Shown piece after piece: positions 62,845 to 64,000 of a DNA stretch of 64,000 bases. Every line of letters starts with the position of its first letter. Position 1 is the stretch's first letter. Source of the DNA: Dehalococcoidia bacterium (GTDB lineage Bacteria; Chloroflexota; Dehalococcoidia; Bin125); the NCBI GenBank assembly GCA_965203995.1, contig OZ241962.1, positions 971,463-1,035,462 on the forward strand, given 5' to 3'. The position numbers and the translations under genes were made by a program. Below the pieces are notes generated by a model, which did no database searches, was not told the origin of the DNA, and worked only from the letters and a program-made list of their open reading frames with translations.

Positions 62845-63654
62845 ATGACCACCCTGACCGCCCCGGCGACGGAGACGCTGCTCTACGAGGAGCGCGGCCA
62901 CGTCGCGATCATCACCCTCAACCGGCCCGAGCGGCTCAACGCGATTTCCAACGACATGCTGGAAGCGCTCTCGGCCCAGCTCATCGCCTGTCAGCGCGAG
63001 CCGGAGATTCGCGTCATCGTCCTGACCGGCGCGGGACGCGGTTTCTGCTCCGGGCTCGACCTCGTCGACCAGCAGCAGCGCATGTCGACCGGCGAGGGCC
63101 GGCCCGGCTATTCGCTCTTCGACCTGCGCGACGCGCCGCCGGTCGTGCTGCAGAAGATGGACAAGCCGGTGATCTGCGCGCTCAACGGCGCGGCCGCCGG
63201 CTACGGCATGGACATGGCGCTGCTGGCCGACATCCGGATCGCCTCGGAGCAGGCCAAGATGGGCGCCGTCTTCGCCCGCCGCGGCGTGCTGCCCGAGTCG
63301 GGCGGGACCTGGATCCTGCCCCGCCTGCTGGGCTGGGCGCGGGCCGCCGAGGTCGCCTTCCGCGGCCGCGTGCTCGACGCGCAGGAGTCGCTCGAGGTCG
63401 GCCTGGTCAACGAGGTCGTGCCGCACGACGAGCTGATGACGCGCACGCTGGAACTGGCCGACGAGATCGCCGCCAACGCGCCGCTCTCGGTCCAGGCGAC
63501 CAAGCGGATGATGCGCCTGGGCATGGACGAGCCGTTCGAGGCCGCCGTCGACCACATCTACTTGCAACTGCTGCCGCTCTTCGGCTCCGAGGACTTCAAA
63601 GAGGGAGTCCGCTCCTTCATGGAAAAGCGCGACCCCAACTTCCAGGGGAGGTAG
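62845..63654 (+). CDS. enoyl-CoA hydratase/crotonase family
   Basis: LNRPERLNA, FCSGLDL, NGAAAGYG, PESGG, SEDFKEG. Confidence 0.93.
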   Translation: MTTLTAPATETLLYEERGHVAIITLNRPERLNAISNDMLEALSAQLIACQREPEIRVIVLTGAGRGFCSGLDLVDQQQRMSTGEGRPGYSLFDLRDAPPVVLQKMDKPVICALNGAAAGYGMDMALLADIRIASEQAKMGAVFARRGVLPESGGTWILPRLLGWARAAEVAFRGRVLDAQESLEVGLVNEVVPHDELMTRTLELADEIAANAPLSVQATKRMMRLGMDEPFEAAVDHIYLQLLPLFGSEDFKEGVRSFMEKRDPNFQGR

Positions 63655-63660
63655 ATCATC

Positions 63661-63756
63661 TTCGTCATTGCCGAACTTGCTTCGGCAATCTCGCCGCGCC
63701 CGGCACGTGGGTTGCGAATTCGACGAGATACTCGCGGCAAGCGCGGGTATGACGAA
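63661..63756. repeat. REPIN/MITE-like inverted doublet (GTCAT...ATGAC family)
   Basis: Terminal TTCGTCAT/ATGACGAA; two internal hairpins with complementary loops CTTGC and GCAAG. Confidence 0.7.
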
Positions 63757-63776
63757 CGAATCCAAGGAGTGATTCG

Positions 63777-64000
63777 ATGCCCCAACGACCGATCAGCGAC
63801 AACGAGATCGACCGCGTCTCCGGCTACCTGCTGGCGCAGGGCGAGAAGTACACCTGGCTCGAACTCTGGCCGCGCGTCGTCGACGCGCGGATCGACTTCC
63901 TCAACACGCTCAACCGGGTCACGCCCGAACAGGCCGCCTGGAAGCCGGCGCCCGAGGACTGGAGCATCGAGGAGGTCGCGCAGCACGTGCTCGACGGCTC
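63777..64000 (+). CDS. DinB-like protein (3'-truncated by window edge)
   Basis: AAGGAG RBS; PEQAAWKPAPEDWSIEEVAQHV motif. Confidence 0.75.
   Translation, partial: MPQRPISDNEIDRVSGYLLAQGEKYTWLELWPRVVDARIDFLNTLNRVTPEQAAWKPAPEDWSIEEVAQHVLDG

Overview
High-GC bacterial chromosomal segment with about 58 densely packed CDSs. The many LLM/F420 oxidoreductases, SDRs, crotonases and HSL esterases, plus GAAC-N4-GTTC LexA-type boxes and HspR/HAIR sites, suggest a Chloroflexota (Dehalococcoidia-like) or Actinomycetota-like organism; this is inference, as no marker gene is present. Content: catabolic redox/CoA enzymes, a DUF433/DUF5615 toxin-antitoxin pair, two phosphohexomutase paralogs, Lhr and RecQ helicases, a Fic protein, four tandem VOC genes, an amidase, yqeK-ruvB, a heterodimeric ABC exporter, and a hsp20 // dnaJ-hspR-clpC heat-shock locus. 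Most notable: (1) an isolated phage-type terminase large subunit divergent from a small TerS-like gene, with three LexA-type boxes between them and no other phage genes in the window (possible domesticated, SOS-controlled DNA-packaging module); (2) a PrdB/GrdB-like selenoprotein split by the ORF caller, with an in-frame UGA in a UxxC motif and a SECIS-like hairpin; (3) a dispersed REP-like palindrome family, one copy in-frame inside the terminase; (4) two intergenic elements with 10-bp-period repeats next to LexA-type boxes; (5) SDR gene pairs with degenerate catalytic motifs. No rRNA, tRNA, CRISPR array, integrase or transposase was recognised. All calls come from motif recognition by eye; no database search was run.
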